A stretch of DNA of 64,000 nucleotides from Vicinamibacterales bacterium (GTDB lineage: Bacteria > Acidobacteriota > Vicinamibacteria > Vicinamibacterales > CAVVIG01): contig DASYQZ010000166.1 in the NCBI GenBank assembly GCA_036004865.1, positions 10,921 through 74,920 on the forward strand, given 5' to 3'. Made by a program: the position numbers and the translations under genes. A model generated the notes under the pieces. The model ran no database searches. It was not told the DNA's origin and worked only from the letters and a program-made list of their open reading frames with translations. Below, piece after piece: positions 46,187 to 56,926 of this stretch (position 1 is its first letter; the number at the start of each line of letters is the position of its first letter).

Positions 46187-47497
46187 ATGATTCCTCGGTA
46201 CACCCACCCCGAGATGGGGCGGATCTGGAGCGACCAGCGTCGGTACGAGACCTGGCTGCTCGTCGAGACCGCCGCCGCCGAGGCGATGGCGGCCGCCGGG
46301 ATCGTTCCGCCCGAGGCGGCGCGCGACATCCGCGAGCGCGGCGGCTTCGACGTCGCGCGCATCGAGGAAATCGAGCAGACCACCCAACACGACGTCATCG
46401 CGTTCACGACCGCCGTGGCCGAAAAAGTCGGACCCTCGGCCCGCTGGCTGCACTTCGGGATGACTTCGTCCGACGTCATCGACACCGCGCAGGCGCTGCA
46501 GATGCGTGAGGCGTGTGACGTCATCCTGGGGAATCTTGTCGCGCTGTCCGACGCCATTCGCGACCGCGCCCTCGAGCACCGCCGGACGCCGATGATCGGC
46601 CGCACGCACGGCGTGCACGCCGAGCCGATGACCTTCGGTCTGAAGCTGGCGCTCTGGTACGCCGAGGTGCAGCGCGACATCGAGCGCGTGCGGCGCGCGC
46701 GAGCGGGCATCAACGTCGGAAAGCTCTCAGGTGCCGTCGGGACGTTCGCCCATCTGCCGCCTTCAATCGAAGAAGAGGTCTGCCGCCGCCTCCAGTTGGA
46801 GCCCGCGAAGGTATCGTCGCAGGTCATTCAGCGCGATCGGCATGCAGCGCTGATCTCGACGCTGGCGATCGCGGCCGCGTCCCTCGAAACGTTCGCGCTC
46901 GAGATTCGGGGCCTGCAAAAGACGGAGATCGGCGAAGTCGAGGAGCCGTTCGCCAAGGGGCAGAAGGGCTCGTCAGCGATGCCGCACAAGCGCAACCCGA
47001 TCGGCTGCGAGCAGATTTGCGGTCTCGCGCGCCTGCTGCGGGCGAACGCGCACGCGTCGCTCGAAAACGTCGCGCTCTGGCACGAGCGGGACATCTCGCA
47101 CTCATCGGTCGAGCGCGTGATTCTGCCCGACAGCTTCATCGCGCTGGATCACATGCTCCGGCGGTTCACGAAGATCGTTCGTGGGATGATCGTCCACCCC
47201 GAGCGCATGCGCGAGAACCTGAATCATTCGCGCGGCGTGGTGTTTTCGGGGACCGTGCTGCTCGAACTGGCCAGAAAAGGTGTGTCCCGCGAACAGGCGT
47301 ACGAGTGGGTGCAGCGAAACGCCTTGCGCGCGTTCGACGAAGGCCGTGACTTCAAGACGTTGCTGCTCGCCGATCCGGACGTCGGCCGCGTCCTGACGCC
47401 GGCCGAAATCGAGCGCGCGTTCGATGTCGACGAGCAGTTGAAGTACGTCGACCAGATTTTCGATCGCGTCTTTCAAACCGTCTCCGCGAGGGTCTAA
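46187..47497 (+). CDS. purB: Adenylosuccinate lyase
   Basis: 'GRTHGVHAEP', 'GSSAMPHKRNP', 'WHERDISHSS'. Confidence 0.95.
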   Translation: MIPRYTHPEMGRIWSDQRRYETWLLVETAAAEAMAAAGIVPPEAARDIRERGGFDVARIEEIEQTTQHDVIAFTTAVAEKVGPSARWLHFGMTSSDVIDTAQALQMREACDVILGNLVALSDAIRDRALEHRRTPMIGRTHGVHAEPMTFGLKLALWYAEVQRDIERVRRARAGINVGKLSGAVGTFAHLPPSIEEEVCRRLQLEPAKVSSQVIQRDRHAALISTLAIAAASLETFALEIRGLQKTEIGEVEEPFAKGQKGSSAMPHKRNPIGCEQICGLARLLRANAHASLENVALWHERDISHSSVERVILPDSFIALDHMLRRFTKIVRGMIVHPERMRENLNHSRGVVFSGTVLLELARKGVSREQAYEWVQRNALRAFDEGRDFKTLLLADPDVGRVLTPAEIERAFDVDEQLKYVDQIFDRVFQTVSARV

Positions 47498-47502
47498 CGA
47501 AC

Positions 47503-47742
47503 ATGCGTGCGCGCGTTTTCGTCACGTTGAAGCCATCCGTGTTCGATCCGCAAGGCAAGACGATCGCCGACGCGCTGCATTCGCTCGGCTACGGGACGGT
47601 GGAGGACGTGCGGCAGGGCAAGTACTTCGAGCTCGATCTCGCGACCACCGAGGCCGCTCAGGCGCGCGCGCTGGCCGCCGAAGTCGCCGACAAGGTCCTT
47701 GCCAATCCGGTCATCGAAAGCTATCGCATCGAGGTCGACTGA
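47503..47742 (+). CDS. purS: FGAM synthase subunit PurS
   Basis: 'DPQG', 'VRQGK', 'LANPVIE'. Confidence 0.95.
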   Translation: MRARVFVTLKPSVFDPQGKTIADALHSLGYGTVEDVRQGKYFELDLATTEAAQARALAAEVADKVLANPVIESYRIEVD

Positions 47743-47743
47743 C

Positions 47744-48295
47744 ATGCGAACGATCATGTTCGCCACGGCGTGTCTCGCCATCGCGATCCCGGCCGCGGCG
47801 CAGAACAAGGCCGATCCCATGGCCGAGACCGTCGCGCAGTATTTCACGATGGTCGAGCGCCAGTTCGTCAGCCTCGCCGATGCGATGCCCGCCGACCGCT
47901 GGACCTTTGCGCCGAAGGACGGCGAATTCACGGGCGTGCGCACGTTCGCCGAGCAGGTCAAGCACGTCGCCTGCGCGAACTTTGGGTTCTTCAACCAGGT
48001 CGAGCACAAAACGCCGCCGCCCGGATGCGAGACCGGCGGTCCAAGTCCGGCGAAGACGAAGGCCGAGCTGATGCAGTACCTGCGCGAGTCGTTCGCGTAT
48101 GCGAATCAGGTCATGCGACGCCTCACGCCCGCCAACGCCATGGATCCCGTCGAAGGGCCCTATGGCGGCAAGACGACGAGGCTGGGGATTTCGACGCTCG
48201 CGGTGTGGCACGCGACGGATCACTACGGGCAGCTCGTGGTCTATCTGCGGATGAACGGGATCGTCCCGCCCGCGACGGCGGGCACTACACGGTAG
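47744..48295 (+). CDS. DinB family protein with signal peptide
   Basis: Signal peptide '…AIAIPAAAQ', 'RTFAEQVKHVA', 'HATDHYGQLVVYLRMNGIVPP'. Confidence 0.85.
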   Translation: MRTIMFATACLAIAIPAAAQNKADPMAETVAQYFTMVERQFVSLADAMPADRWTFAPKDGEFTGVRTFAEQVKHVACANFGFFNQVEHKTPPPGCETGGPSPAKTKAELMQYLRESFAYANQVMRRLTPANAMDPVEGPYGGKTTRLGISTLAVWHATDHYGQLVVYLRMNGIVPPATAGTTR

Positions 48296-48304
48296 GGGTC
48301 AACA

Positions 48305-49000
48305 ATGCGGTTCGGCATTGTCGTATTCCCGGGCAGCAACTGCGACGAGGACGCATATCACGCCGCCAAGGACGTGTTCGGCCAGGACGCCGAGTACATC
48401 TGGCACAAGGACACGGACCTGAAGAACGCCGACGTCGTGATTCTGCCCGGCGGCTTCGCGCACGGCGACTACCTGCGAACCGGCGCGATGGCGCGCTTCT
48501 CGCCCATCATGGGTCCGGTGCGCGCGTTCGCCGAGCGTGGCGGTCCGGTGCTTGGCATCTGCAACGGCTTCCAGATCCTGCTCGAATCGGGTCTGCTGCC
48601 CGGCGCGATGCTGCGTAATCGCACCCTGAAATACCGCTGTGAGCACGTGTACCTGCGCGTCGAACAGACCGACACGCCATTCACGAGCGCGGCGACGGTC
48701 GGGCAGGTCCTGCGCATTCCGATCGGTCACGGCGAAGGCAACTACTTCGCGCCGCCCGACATGCTGGAGAGGCTGGAAGCGAACCGGCAGGTCATTCTTC
48801 GCTACACCGATCCGAGCGGACAGCTCGCCGACGAGTCGAATCCCAACGGATCGGTGCATGCGATCGCCGCGATCTGCAGCGAGTCGCGCAACGTGGTCGG
48901 CATGATGCCGCATCCCGAGCGCGCGTGTGAATCACTTTTGGGCGGCGAAGACGGCCGCATGATTTTCGAGTCGATTGTGAACGCGATGGCGATCCGATGA
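48305..49000 (+). CDS. purQ: FGAM synthase glutaminase subunit
   Basis: 'FPGSNC', 'GICNGFQ', 'NPNGS', 'MMPHPER'. Confidence 0.95.
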   Translation: MRFGIVVFPGSNCDEDAYHAAKDVFGQDAEYIWHKDTDLKNADVVILPGGFAHGDYLRTGAMARFSPIMGPVRAFAERGGPVLGICNGFQILLESGLLPGAMLRNRTLKYRCEHVYLRVEQTDTPFTSAATVGQVLRIPIGHGEGNYFAPPDMLERLEANRQVILRYTDPSGQLADESNPNGSVHAIAAICSESRNVVGMMPHPERACESLLGGEDGRMIFESIVNAMAIR

Positions 49001-51228
49001 TGGATGCGCACGTTGTCGAGCGTCACGGGCTGAAGCCCGACGAGTACGAACGGATCAAGGAGTTCCTTGGCCGCGAGCCGAACCTCACCGAGCTCGGGAT
49101 CTTCTCGGTGATGTGGTCCGAGCACTGCAGCTACAAGAGCTCGCGCGTGCACCTGAAAACCCTGCCGACCAAAGGCCCGCAGGTGTTGCAGGGACCCGGC
49201 GAGAACGCCGGCGCCGTCGATATCGGCGAAGGCCTTGCGGCGGTCTTCAAGATCGAATCGCACAATCATCCGTCGTTCATCGAGCCGTATCAGGGCGCGG
49301 CAACCGGCGTGGGCGGTATCATCCGCGACATCTTCACCATGGGCGCGCGGCCAATCGCGCTGCTGAACTCTTTGCGATTCGGATCGCTCGACGCGGCGGG
49401 CACCCGGCAGCTGCTCGAAGGCGTTGTCGCCGGCATCGCCGGTTATGGGAACAGCATCGGCATTCCGACCGTCGGCGGCGAGATTGCGTTCGAGCCGTCG
49501 TACGCGGGCAATCCGCTGGTGAACGTCTTCTGCCTCGGCATCGCCAACGCGTCGGACATTATTAAAGGTATCGCCTCGGGCGTGGGCAATGCCGTCTACT
49601 ACGTCGGCGCGAAGACGGGCCGCGACGGCATTCACGGCGCGACGATGGCGTCGGCGGAGTTCGACGAGAAATCGGCCGAGAAACGGCCGGCGGTGCAGGT
49701 CGGCGATCCGTTCATGGAAAAGCTGCTCCTCGAAGCGTGCCTCGAGGTGATGCAGACCGACGCGCTCGTCGGCATCCAGGACATGGGAGCGGCCGGATTG
49801 ACGTGCTCGACGACCGAGATGGGATCGCGGGGCGGCGCCGGCGTCGAAATCGACGTCGCGCACGTCCCGCAGCGCGAGAGCGGCATGACGCCGTACGAAA
49901 TCATGCTGTCCGAGTCGCAGGAGCGGATGCTGCTGGTCGTCAAGCGCGGCCGGGAATCCGAGGTCGAGCGCATTTTCGACAAATGGGACCTCCACGCGGT
50001 CCACATCGGCGAAGTGACTGCCGACGGCATGCTGCGCGTGAAGGAGAAGGGCGCAGTGGTCGCCGAGATTCCGAATCGCGCGCTGACCGACGAAGCGCCG
50101 CTGTATCGCCGGCCGATGACGGAGCCCGAGTATCTTGCCGAGGTGCGAACGCTCGATCTCGACGCGCTCGCGCGGGACGGCCTGAAGGCCGTCCCCAACG
50201 ATCAGAATGGTGTCCTGCTCGCACTCCTCGGCTCGCCGACCATCGGCAGCAAGAAATGGGTGTACCGGCAGTACGATCACATGGTCCGGACCAACACCAT
50301 CAACTATCCAGGGTTTGGCGCCGGCGTCGTGCGCATCAAGGGCACCAATCGTGCGCTCGCGTTGTCGGTCGACGGCAACGGACGTTACTGCTATCTCGAT
50401 CCGCATCGGGGCGCCATGCTCGCGGTGGCCGAAGCGGCGCGCAATGTCGCGTGTGCGGGGGCGCGGCCGCTCGGCGCGACCAACTGCCTCAACTTCGGCA
50501 ATCCCGAGCGCCCGGCCATCATGTGGCAGTTCGCGAAGGCGGTCGAAGGGATGGGCGAGGCCTGCCGGGCGCTCGACGTGCCGATCACCGGCGGCAACGT
50601 CAGCCTCTACAACGAAACGGACGGCAAGGCGATTTACCCGACGCCAGTCATCGGCGTCGTCGGTCTCCTCGAGCACGCGGATCGGGTCGTCAGCCGCCGG
50701 TTCCAGCGTGCGGGTGACGCGATCGTGCTCCTCGGCGAAGGACGCGACGAGCTTGGCGGCAGCGAGTACTTGAAAGTGGTTCACGATTTGGTCCGCGGCG
50801 AGCCGCCGTCGCTCGATCTGCGGGCCGAGAAGGCGCTCCAGGAACTCCTCGTCGCGCTGGCGAGCGATCGACTCATTCGTTCGGCGCACGATGGCTCGGA
50901 CGGCGGAATCGCGGTGACGCTCGCCGAATGTTGTTTCGATACGGGCGGAATGGGGGCCGATGTGTCGATCGTCGGCGGCAACATCGCGGCGGCGCTGTTC
51001 GGCGAGTCGGCATCCCGCGCCGTCGTGTCTGTCGTTCCGGAGGATGTCGACAAGGTGCTGGACCGCGCGTCGGCGGCGAACGTGCCGGCGTGCGTCATCG
51101 GTCGAACTGGCGGCAACCTGCTGAGGATTGCCGTGGCCGGAGAGCCGGCCATCGAGCTTTCGATTCACGACGCGGAGCGGGTCTGGAGCTCTGCGATTGA
51201 ACGATTCTTTGCCAAACGTGTGGCGTGA
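48997..51228 (+). CDS. purL: FGAM synthase subunit PurL (small form)
   Basis: 'WSEHCSYK', 'KIESHNHPS', 'SESQERM', 'GGNVSLYN'. Confidence 0.95.
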   Translation: MMDAHVVERHGLKPDEYERIKEFLGREPNLTELGIFSVMWSEHCSYKSSRVHLKTLPTKGPQVLQGPGENAGAVDIGEGLAAVFKIESHNHPSFIEPYQGAATGVGGIIRDIFTMGARPIALLNSLRFGSLDAAGTRQLLEGVVAGIAGYGNSIGIPTVGGEIAFEPSYAGNPLVNVFCLGIANASDIIKGIASGVGNAVYYVGAKTGRDGIHGATMASAEFDEKSAEKRPAVQVGDPFMEKLLLEACLEVMQTDALVGIQDMGAAGLTCSTTEMGSRGGAGVEIDVAHVPQRESGMTPYEIMLSESQERMLLVVKRGRESEVERIFDKWDLHAVHIGEVTADGMLRVKEKGAVVAEIPNRALTDEAPLYRRPMTEPEYLAEVRTLDLDALARDGLKAVPNDQNGVLLALLGSPTIGSKKWVYRQYDHMVRTNTINYPGFGAGVVRIKGTNRALALSVDGNGRYCYLDPHRGAMLAVAEAARNVACAGARPLGATNCLNFGNPERPAIMWQFAKAVEGMGEACRALDVPITGGNVSLYNETDGKAIYPTPVIGVVGLLEHADRVVSRRFQRAGDAIVLLGEGRDELGGSEYLKVVHDLVRGEPPSLDLRAEKALQELLVALASDRLIRSAHDGSDGGIAVTLAECCFDTGGMGADVSIVGGNIAAALFGESASRAVVSVVPEDVDKVLDRASAANVPACVIGRTGGNLLRIAVAGEPAIELSIHDAERVWSSAIERFFAKRVA
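50174..50199. repeat. REP-like palindrome in frame inside purL
   Basis: GGGACGGCC-TGAA-GGCCGTCCC-CAAC (perfect 9-bp stem); encodes RDGLKAVPN. Confidence 0.65.
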
Positions 51229-52673
51229 TGCTTGACAAGTTCAAGGATGAATGCGGTGTCTTCGGGATCTTTGGTCATCCCGAAGCCGCCAACATGACCT
51301 ATCTCGGCCTGTATGCCCTGCAGCATCGCGGACAGGAGAGCGCCGGCATCGCGGCGTCCGATCGCGAGCAGGTGCGCATCTCGCGGGCGATGGGTTATGT
51401 CGCCGACACGTTCGACGCTCAGTCGCTGGCGCAACTGCCGGGACCGCTGGCAATCGGGCACGTGCGTTACTCCACGGCCGGCGAGAGCAAGCTGTCGAAC
51501 GCGCAGCCGATCCTGATCGATTGTGCGCACGGACAGATCGCGCTGTGCCACAACGGGAATCTCGTGAACGCGCGCGAGCTGCGCGACGAGCTCGTGCTCC
51601 AGGGATCGATCTTCCAGTCGAGCAGCGACACCGAAGTCATCCTGCATCTCTACGCGCGGTCGAAGGCGCCGATCGTCGAAGACGCGATTGTCGAATCGGT
51701 GTCGCAGGTGCAGGGCGCCTTCTCGCTCGTGATGCTCACCGCGGACCGCCTCGTCGCCGTCCGCGATCCACACGGGTTCCGCCCGCTCGCGCTCGGTCGC
51801 CTGGGCGACGCCTACGTCGTCTGCTCGGAGACGTGCGCGATGGATCTCATCGGCGCCACCTACGAGCGCGATGTCGAGCCGGGCGAAGTGCTCGTGATCT
51901 CGGACCGCGGCATCCGGTCGATCAAGCCGTTCGCACCGGCGCCGGTGAACCAGTGCATCTTCGAGCATGTGTACTTCGCGCGGCCCGACAGCTACGTGTT
52001 CGGCCGGAGCGTGAACGAAGTCCGGACCGAGCTCGGCCGCGTGCTCGCGCGCGAGCAGCCGGTGGACGCCGATGTCGTCGTACCCGTGCCCGATTCGGGC
52101 GTGTGCGCGGCGATGGGATACGCCGAGGAAGCGGAGATCCCGCTCCGCATGGGCCTCATCCGCAATCACTACGTCGGGCGCACGTTCATCCAGCCGCAGG
52201 CGTCGATTCGCCACTTCGGCGTCAAGGTGAAGCTGAATCCGGTGCGCAGCATCCTCGAAGGGAAGCGCGTCGTGCTCGTCGACGATTCGATCGTCCGCGG
52301 GACGACGAGCCGCAAGATCGTCCGGATGGTGCGCGCGGCGGGCGCCAGGGAAGTCCACGTCCGCATCAGTTGTCCGCCGACGATTTCGCCGTGCTATTAC
52401 GGCATCGACACGCCGAGCAAATCCGAGCTGATTGCCGCGACGCACACGATCGACGAAATCCGAGAGTTTCTGGAAGCGGACAGCGTCGCGTACCTGAGTC
52501 TCGAAGGGCTCCTCAGCGCCGTCGACAAGGACCGCGGGTCGTACTGCAGCTCCTGCTACACGGGTCGATATCCAGTAGAATTCCCGCGCGACGAGGCGAG
52601 TTACCTGCAGCTCGCGCTGAAGCTCGACAAGGATAAGGACCTCAACAAGGAAAAGGAACCGGTCACGAAGTGA
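51228..52673 (+). CDS. purF: Amidophosphoribosyltransferase
   Basis: Propeptide + 'ECGVFG', 'QHRGQE', '[10 protein letters not shown]', Fe-S cysteines. Confidence 0.95.
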   Translation: MLDKFKDECGVFGIFGHPEAANMTYLGLYALQHRGQESAGIAASDREQVRISRAMGYVADTFDAQSLAQLPGPLAIGHVRYSTAGESKLSNAQPILIDCAHGQIALCHNGNLVNARELRDELVLQGSIFQSSSDTEVILHLYARSKAPIVEDAIVESVSQVQGAFSLVMLTADRLVAVRDPHGFRPLALGRLGDAYVVCSETCAMDLIGATYERDVEPGEVLVISDRGIRSIKPFAPAPVNQCIFEHVYFARPDSYVFGRSVNEVRTELGRVLAREQPVDADVVVPVPDSGVCAAMGYAEEAEIPLRMGLIRNHYVGRTFIQPQASIRHFGVKVKLNPVRSILEGKRVVLVDDSIVRGTTSRKIVRMVRAAGAREVHVRISCPPTISPCYYGIDTPSKSELIAATHTIDEIREFLEADSVAYLSLEGLLSAVDKDRGSYCSSCYTGRYPVEFPRDEASYLQLALKLDKDKDLNKEKEPVTK

Positions 52674-52677
52674 TCCG

Positions 52678-53940
52678 ATGAAAAACGCTCCACCACGGAG
52701 GACACGGAGGACGCCGAGGATCAAAAGCTTTTCTGTCCTCTGTGTCCTCGGTGTCCTCTGTGGTGGAGCGTTTGCGAAGGGTGGGGACCTTTCAAGGGTG
52801 CAGGAACCAAGCGCCCCGCAAGCCGTCTCCGCCGCGCAGTTGAAAGCCGCGATCGACAAGCTTGGCGACCTCGATTACGCCACCCGCACCAATGCCTCGC
52901 GGACGATCCGGCGCACGGCGAACGCGCAGGCGGTGCCGGCGCTGCTGCAGGCGATCACCGAGCACATCGACGGCTACGTTCGCTATCGCGCGCTGGTCCT
53001 GTTGACCGGCTTCAACGATCCGCGGACCAGGGACGCGATGCGTGAGTCGCTCGCCAGCCCGAACGATCGCCTGCGCACGGTCGCGTACAGCTTCTTCGAG
53101 CACAATCCCGATCGCGCGATGACGGCGACCTTCCTCACGGCACTCGAGAAGGAGCAGGCCGAGTTCGTGCGTCCCGCGCTCGTCCGCGCGCTGGCAGCCT
53201 CGGGTCGCCTGCCGTCGACTCCCGCCGCCGATGCCACGCGCGTGCAGCAGGCGCTCGTCCGCGAGGTGAGCCGCGGCGAAGACTTCTTCCGCAGCGCCGT
53301 CATCGAAGCGCTCGGCGACTACAAGGCGGCCTACGCGTTCGATGCGCTCACGGCGGTCGCGAAAATCGAGGGCCCGCTGCAGGACGACGCGGCGCTGGCG
53401 CTCGGCAAAATCGGCGACAAGCGTGCGCTCGAAACGCTGGCCGCGATGCAGCGCAGCGCGCCGCGCCGGACGCAGCCGTCGATTGCGACGGCCATCTGTC
53501 TGCTCGGCGTCAACTGCGCGTCGCACGAGAACTATCTCGTCGAGACGCTCAAGTTCGCCAACAGGAACCCCGGTTTCCAGGAGCTGCTGCGCGGCGCGGC
53601 CGCCGGACTCGGGGCACTGGCCGTGGCCGGACGTGACGAGGCGGTCAGCGCGCTGTTCGACATCGGCATTCCGGCGCGAGACGACTCGACGCGCGCGCCG
53701 GTCGCGCTCGCCGCCGCCACCGTCGCGCTCCGCAATACGCCGCTGCTGATGCCGATTCTGGAGAAGCGGACCGATCGGGATCAGGCGATGCTGCTCCTGG
53801 CCGAAGGCTTCGACATGCTCGAAGAGGATCTGGACAAGGAACGCTTTTTCGCCTTCGCGAGACGCACGTACTGGGATTCGCCGGAAAGCTCGCCGCGCCG
53901 CACGCTGATGCAAACGCTCATCGGAAAGCTCGATTTCTAA
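52678..53940 (+). CDS. Exported HEAT-repeat protein
   Basis: Basic + hydrophobic N-terminus, repeated helical pairs ('AALALGKIGDKRAL', 'AVIEALGD'). Confidence 0.75.
   Translation: MKNAPPRRTRRTPRIKSFSVLCVLGVLCGGAFAKGGDLSRVQEPSAPQAVSAAQLKAAIDKLGDLDYATRTNASRTIRRTANAQAVPALLQAITEHIDGYVRYRALVLLTGFNDPRTRDAMRESLASPNDRLRTVAYSFFEHNPDRAMTATFLTALEKEQAEFVRPALVRALAASGRLPSTPAADATRVQQALVREVSRGEDFFRSAVIEALGDYKAAYAFDALTAVAKIEGPLQDDAALALGKIGDKRALETLAAMQRSAPRRTQPSIATAICLLGVNCASHENYLVETLKFANRNPGFQELLRGAAAGLGALAVAGRDEAVSALFDIGIPARDDSTRAPVALAAATVALRNTPLLMPILEKRTDRDQAMLLLAEGFDMLEEDLDKERFFAFARRTYWDSPESSPRRTLMQTLIGKLDF
52683..52773. repeat. 9-mer-arm palindromic element encoding the N-terminus of the HEAT protein
   Basis: AAACGCTCCACCACGGAGGACACGGAGGACGCCGAGG … CCTCTGTGTCCTCGGTGTCCTCTGTGGTGGAGCGTTT. 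Confidence 0.88.
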
Positions 53941-54962
53941 TGGACTACAAATCCGCCGGCGTCGACATCGACGCCGGCAACGAGACAGTCAAACGAATCA
54001 GGTCCCTCGCCCGCCGGACCTTCACGCCCGGCGTGCTGTCCGACATCGGATCGTTCGGCGGTCTGTTCCGGCTCGGCGATCGCTATAAGGATCCGGTGCT
54101 GGTTTCGAGTACCGACGGCGTCGGCACGAAGCTCAGGATCGCGTTCATCACCGGCCGTCACGACACGATTGGCGCAGATCTCGTCAACCACTGCGTGAAC
54201 GACATCCTGGTGCAGGGCGCGGAGCCGCTCTTTTTCCTCGACTACCTCTCGACCGGCCGGCTGGCGCCCGACGTCGCCGAGCAGGTCATCACCGGCGTCG
54301 CGCGCGCGTGCACGGAGAACGGCTGCGCGCTGATCGGCGGCGAGACAGCCGAGATGCCCGGCTTCTACGCCGACGGCGAGTACGACCTGGCCGGCTTCAT
54401 CGTCGGCGCGGTCGAGAAGACGAAGATCGTCGACGGCCGGACGATTGTGCCCGGCGACGTGCTCATCGGCCTGCCGTCGAGTGGTCTGCACACCAACGGG
54501 TACTCGCTCGCGAGGCGCGTGTTCTTCGAGCTGGCGCAGTGGAAGGTGGACAAGTTCGTACGCGATCTGGGCGTCACGCTCGGCGAGGCCCTCCTGGCGC
54601 CGCATCGATCGTATCTGCCGTTCGTGCGGCCGCTCCTCGAGCGAAACTATGCGCGGGGTCTGGCGCACATCACCGGCGGCGGCATCACGGAAAACCTTCC
54701 CCGCGTGCTGCCCGGAGGATGCGCCGCCGAGATCGATCGGCGCGCGTGGTCGGTGCCGCCGATCTTCCGCGTGCTGCAGCAGCACGGCCGGATTCCGGAC
54801 GACGAGATGTTCCGCACCTTCAACATGGGCATCGGCCTGATTGTCGTCTGTGCGCCCCGCTACGCCGAACGCGTGATCAACACCGTCTCGCTCGCCGGCG
54901 AGCCGAAGGCGGTGCGCATCGGGTTCGTCGTGGGCGGAGACCGAACCGTCCGCTACGTCTGA
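53940..54962 (+). CDS. purM: Phosphoribosylformylglycinamidine cyclo-ligase
   Basis: 'YKSAGVDI', 'TDGVGTK', 'GGETAEMP', 'HITGGG', 'TFNMGIG'. Confidence 0.95.
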   Translation: MDYKSAGVDIDAGNETVKRIRSLARRTFTPGVLSDIGSFGGLFRLGDRYKDPVLVSSTDGVGTKLRIAFITGRHDTIGADLVNHCVNDILVQGAEPLFFLDYLSTGRLAPDVAEQVITGVARACTENGCALIGGETAEMPGFYADGEYDLAGFIVGAVEKTKIVDGRTIVPGDVLIGLPSSGLHTNGYSLARRVFFELAQWKVDKFVRDLGVTLGEALLAPHRSYLPFVRPLLERNYARGLAHITGGGITENLPRVLPGGCAAEIDRRAWSVPPIFRVLQQHGRIPDDEMFRTFNMGIGLIVVCAPRYAERVINTVSLAGEPKAVRIGFVVGGDRTVRYV

Positions 54963-55040
54963 TCCCGGCGCGCCTCTTGGTGACCGTCGCACACGATCAG
55001 GACGAGTAACCCTTCGGTCGGGGCATGGCACAATGAGCGC

Positions 55041-55685
55041 GTGAGCCACGCCCCGATTTCCTCGCGGCGCATCGCCGTTCTCATCTCGGGCCGCGGCAGC
55101 AATCTCCAATCGATCATCGACGCGTGCGCCGCGGGCCGGCTCGATGCTGTTGTCGCGATCGTCATCTCGAATCGCGCGGACGCGCCCGGACTGTTCCGCG
55201 CGCGTGAGGCGGGGATCGAAGCGCTGCACCTCGGCGCGCGCGACTATCCGGACCGCGACGCCTACGACCGCGCGATCGTCGACGTGCTCACTGCACGGGA
55301 CGTGGACGTCGTCTGTCTCGCCGGCTTCATGCGGTTGGTCGGGAAGCCGCTGCTCGAGGCATTTCCGAACCGCATCCTCAACATCCATCCCTCGCTGCTG
55401 CCCGCATTTCCTGGAGTCGACGCGCAGCGTCAGGCGCTCGAGCACGGGGTCCGGATCAGCGGCGCGACCGTTCATCTCGTCAACGACGAGCTCGACGGCG
55501 GGCCCATCGTGCTTCAAGCCGCGGTCCCCGTCCTGCCGGATGACTCGGTCGATACGTTGTCGGCCCGGATTCTCGTCGAGGAACACCGCATCTATCCCGA
55601 GGCCGTCGCGCAGGTTCTCGCCGGCGGCTGGTCGCTCGACGGGCGCCGATTCGTGCCGGCCGACGTCCGCCCCTCCGGGCCATGA
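55041..55685 (+). CDS. purN: Phosphoribosylglycinamide formyltransferase
   Basis: 'SGRGSNLQ', 'LAGFMR', 'NIHPSLLP', 'LDGGPI'. Confidence 0.95.
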   Translation: MSHAPISSRRIAVLISGRGSNLQSIIDACAAGRLDAVVAIVISNRADAPGLFRAREAGIEALHLGARDYPDRDAYDRAIVDVLTARDVDVVCLAGFMRLVGKPLLEAFPNRILNIHPSLLPAFPGVDAQRQALEHGVRISGATVHLVNDELDGGPIVLQAAVPVLPDDSVDTLSARILVEEHRIYPEAVAQVLAGGWSLDGRRFVPADVRPSGP

Positions 55686-56926
55686 CCACCAGCGACGCGC
55701 TCGCGGTCCTCTTGCTCCAGATCACTGTCATTCTGGTGGTCGCCAAGTTGACGGCGGCGGCAGTCAACCGTGCGGGCCAGCCGGCGGTCGTTGGCGAGAT
55801 GCTCGGCGGCATTCTGCTCGGACCGTCATTCTTCGGCTGGCTGTTTCCCGCGGCGCATCGCGCGATCTTTCCGGAAGACGCGATCGGCGCGCTGCAGCTG
55901 CTCAGTCAGATCGGCGTCATCCTGTTCATGTTTCTCGTGGGATGCGAGCTGGATTTGGCGCGTGTCACGCGGAACGCGCGGACCGCGGTCGTGGTGAGTT
56001 ACACGGGCATTGCGGTGCCGATGCTGCTCGGCATCGCGCTGGCGTGGCTCATCTTCCGCGACTTCGCGCCGGCCGGCGTGCGATTCCTGCCCTTCGGGCT
56101 GTTTGTCGGGACGGCGATGAGCATCACCGCGTTCCCAGTCCTCGCGAGGATTCTCGCCGAGCGGCGTTTGACACACACTGTTCTCGGCGCCACGGCAATC
56201 GCGTGTGCCGCTGTGGACGACGTCAGCGCGTGGTGCATTTTGAGCGTCGTGGTCGCCGTAGCCAAGGCGAGCGGGGTGAGCGGCGCCGCGGTGACGATCG
56301 TCATGGTCGTGATCTTTGCAGTGGTGATGTTGGCGATGATCCGCCCACTCGTCGGCCGTGCGGCAGGCAACGAGCGATGGTCTGGCGACGGTGCCTTCGC
56401 CGCGGCGCTCATCTTTGCCTTCGTGAGTGCGTTCGTCACCGAGGCCATCGGCGTCCACGCGATCTTCGGCGCGTTTCTCGCCGGCGTCGTCGTGTCGGCG
56501 AACACCTCCGTTCGAGCCCTTGTCGAAGACCGCGTCCACGCGCTCGCCTCTGCCATGCTCGTGCCCCTGTTCTTTGCGTCGGCCGGCCTGCGTACGGAGC
56601 TGTCGCTGGTGGCCGGCCCGCGAAGCTGGCTGGTGTGTGCGGCGATCCTGCTGGTGGCGATTGCCGGCAAGCTTGGCGGCGGTTCGCTCGCCGCACGGTG
56701 GACCGGCATGAGCTGGCGCGATTCGCTCGCGCTCGGCGCGCTGATGAACACGCGCGGTCTGATGGAGCTGATCGTGCTGAACGTCGGGTACGACCTCGGC
56801 ATCCTCTCGCCGGCGCTGTTTTCGATGATGGTCCTCATGGCTCTCGTCACCACAGGCATGACCGCGCCGATGTTGGGCGCCCTGCGGGGCACCATGACGA
56901 CGGCTGAAGTCCGAAGCGCGACATGA
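55682..56926 (+). CDS. Cation:proton antiporter (CPA2 family)
   Basis: 'GQPAVVGEMLGGILLGP', 'SITAFPVLARIL', 'VDD', 'MNTRG'; about 12 TM. Confidence 0.9.
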   Translation: MTTSDALAVLLLQITVILVVAKLTAAAVNRAGQPAVVGEMLGGILLGPSFFGWLFPAAHRAIFPEDAIGALQLLSQIGVILFMFLVGCELDLARVTRNARTAVVVSYTGIAVPMLLGIALAWLIFRDFAPAGVRFLPFGLFVGTAMSITAFPVLARILAERRLTHTVLGATAIACAAVDDVSAWCILSVVVAVAKASGVSGAAVTIVMVVIFAVVMLAMIRPLVGRAAGNERWSGDGAFAAALIFAFVSAFVTEAIGVHAIFGAFLAGVVVSANTSVRALVEDRVHALASAMLVPLFFASAGLRTELSLVAGPRSWLVCAAILLVAIAGKLGGGSLAARWTGMSWRDSLALGALMNTRGLMELIVLNVGYDLGILSPALFSMMVLMALVTTGMTAPMLGALRGTMTTAEVRSAT

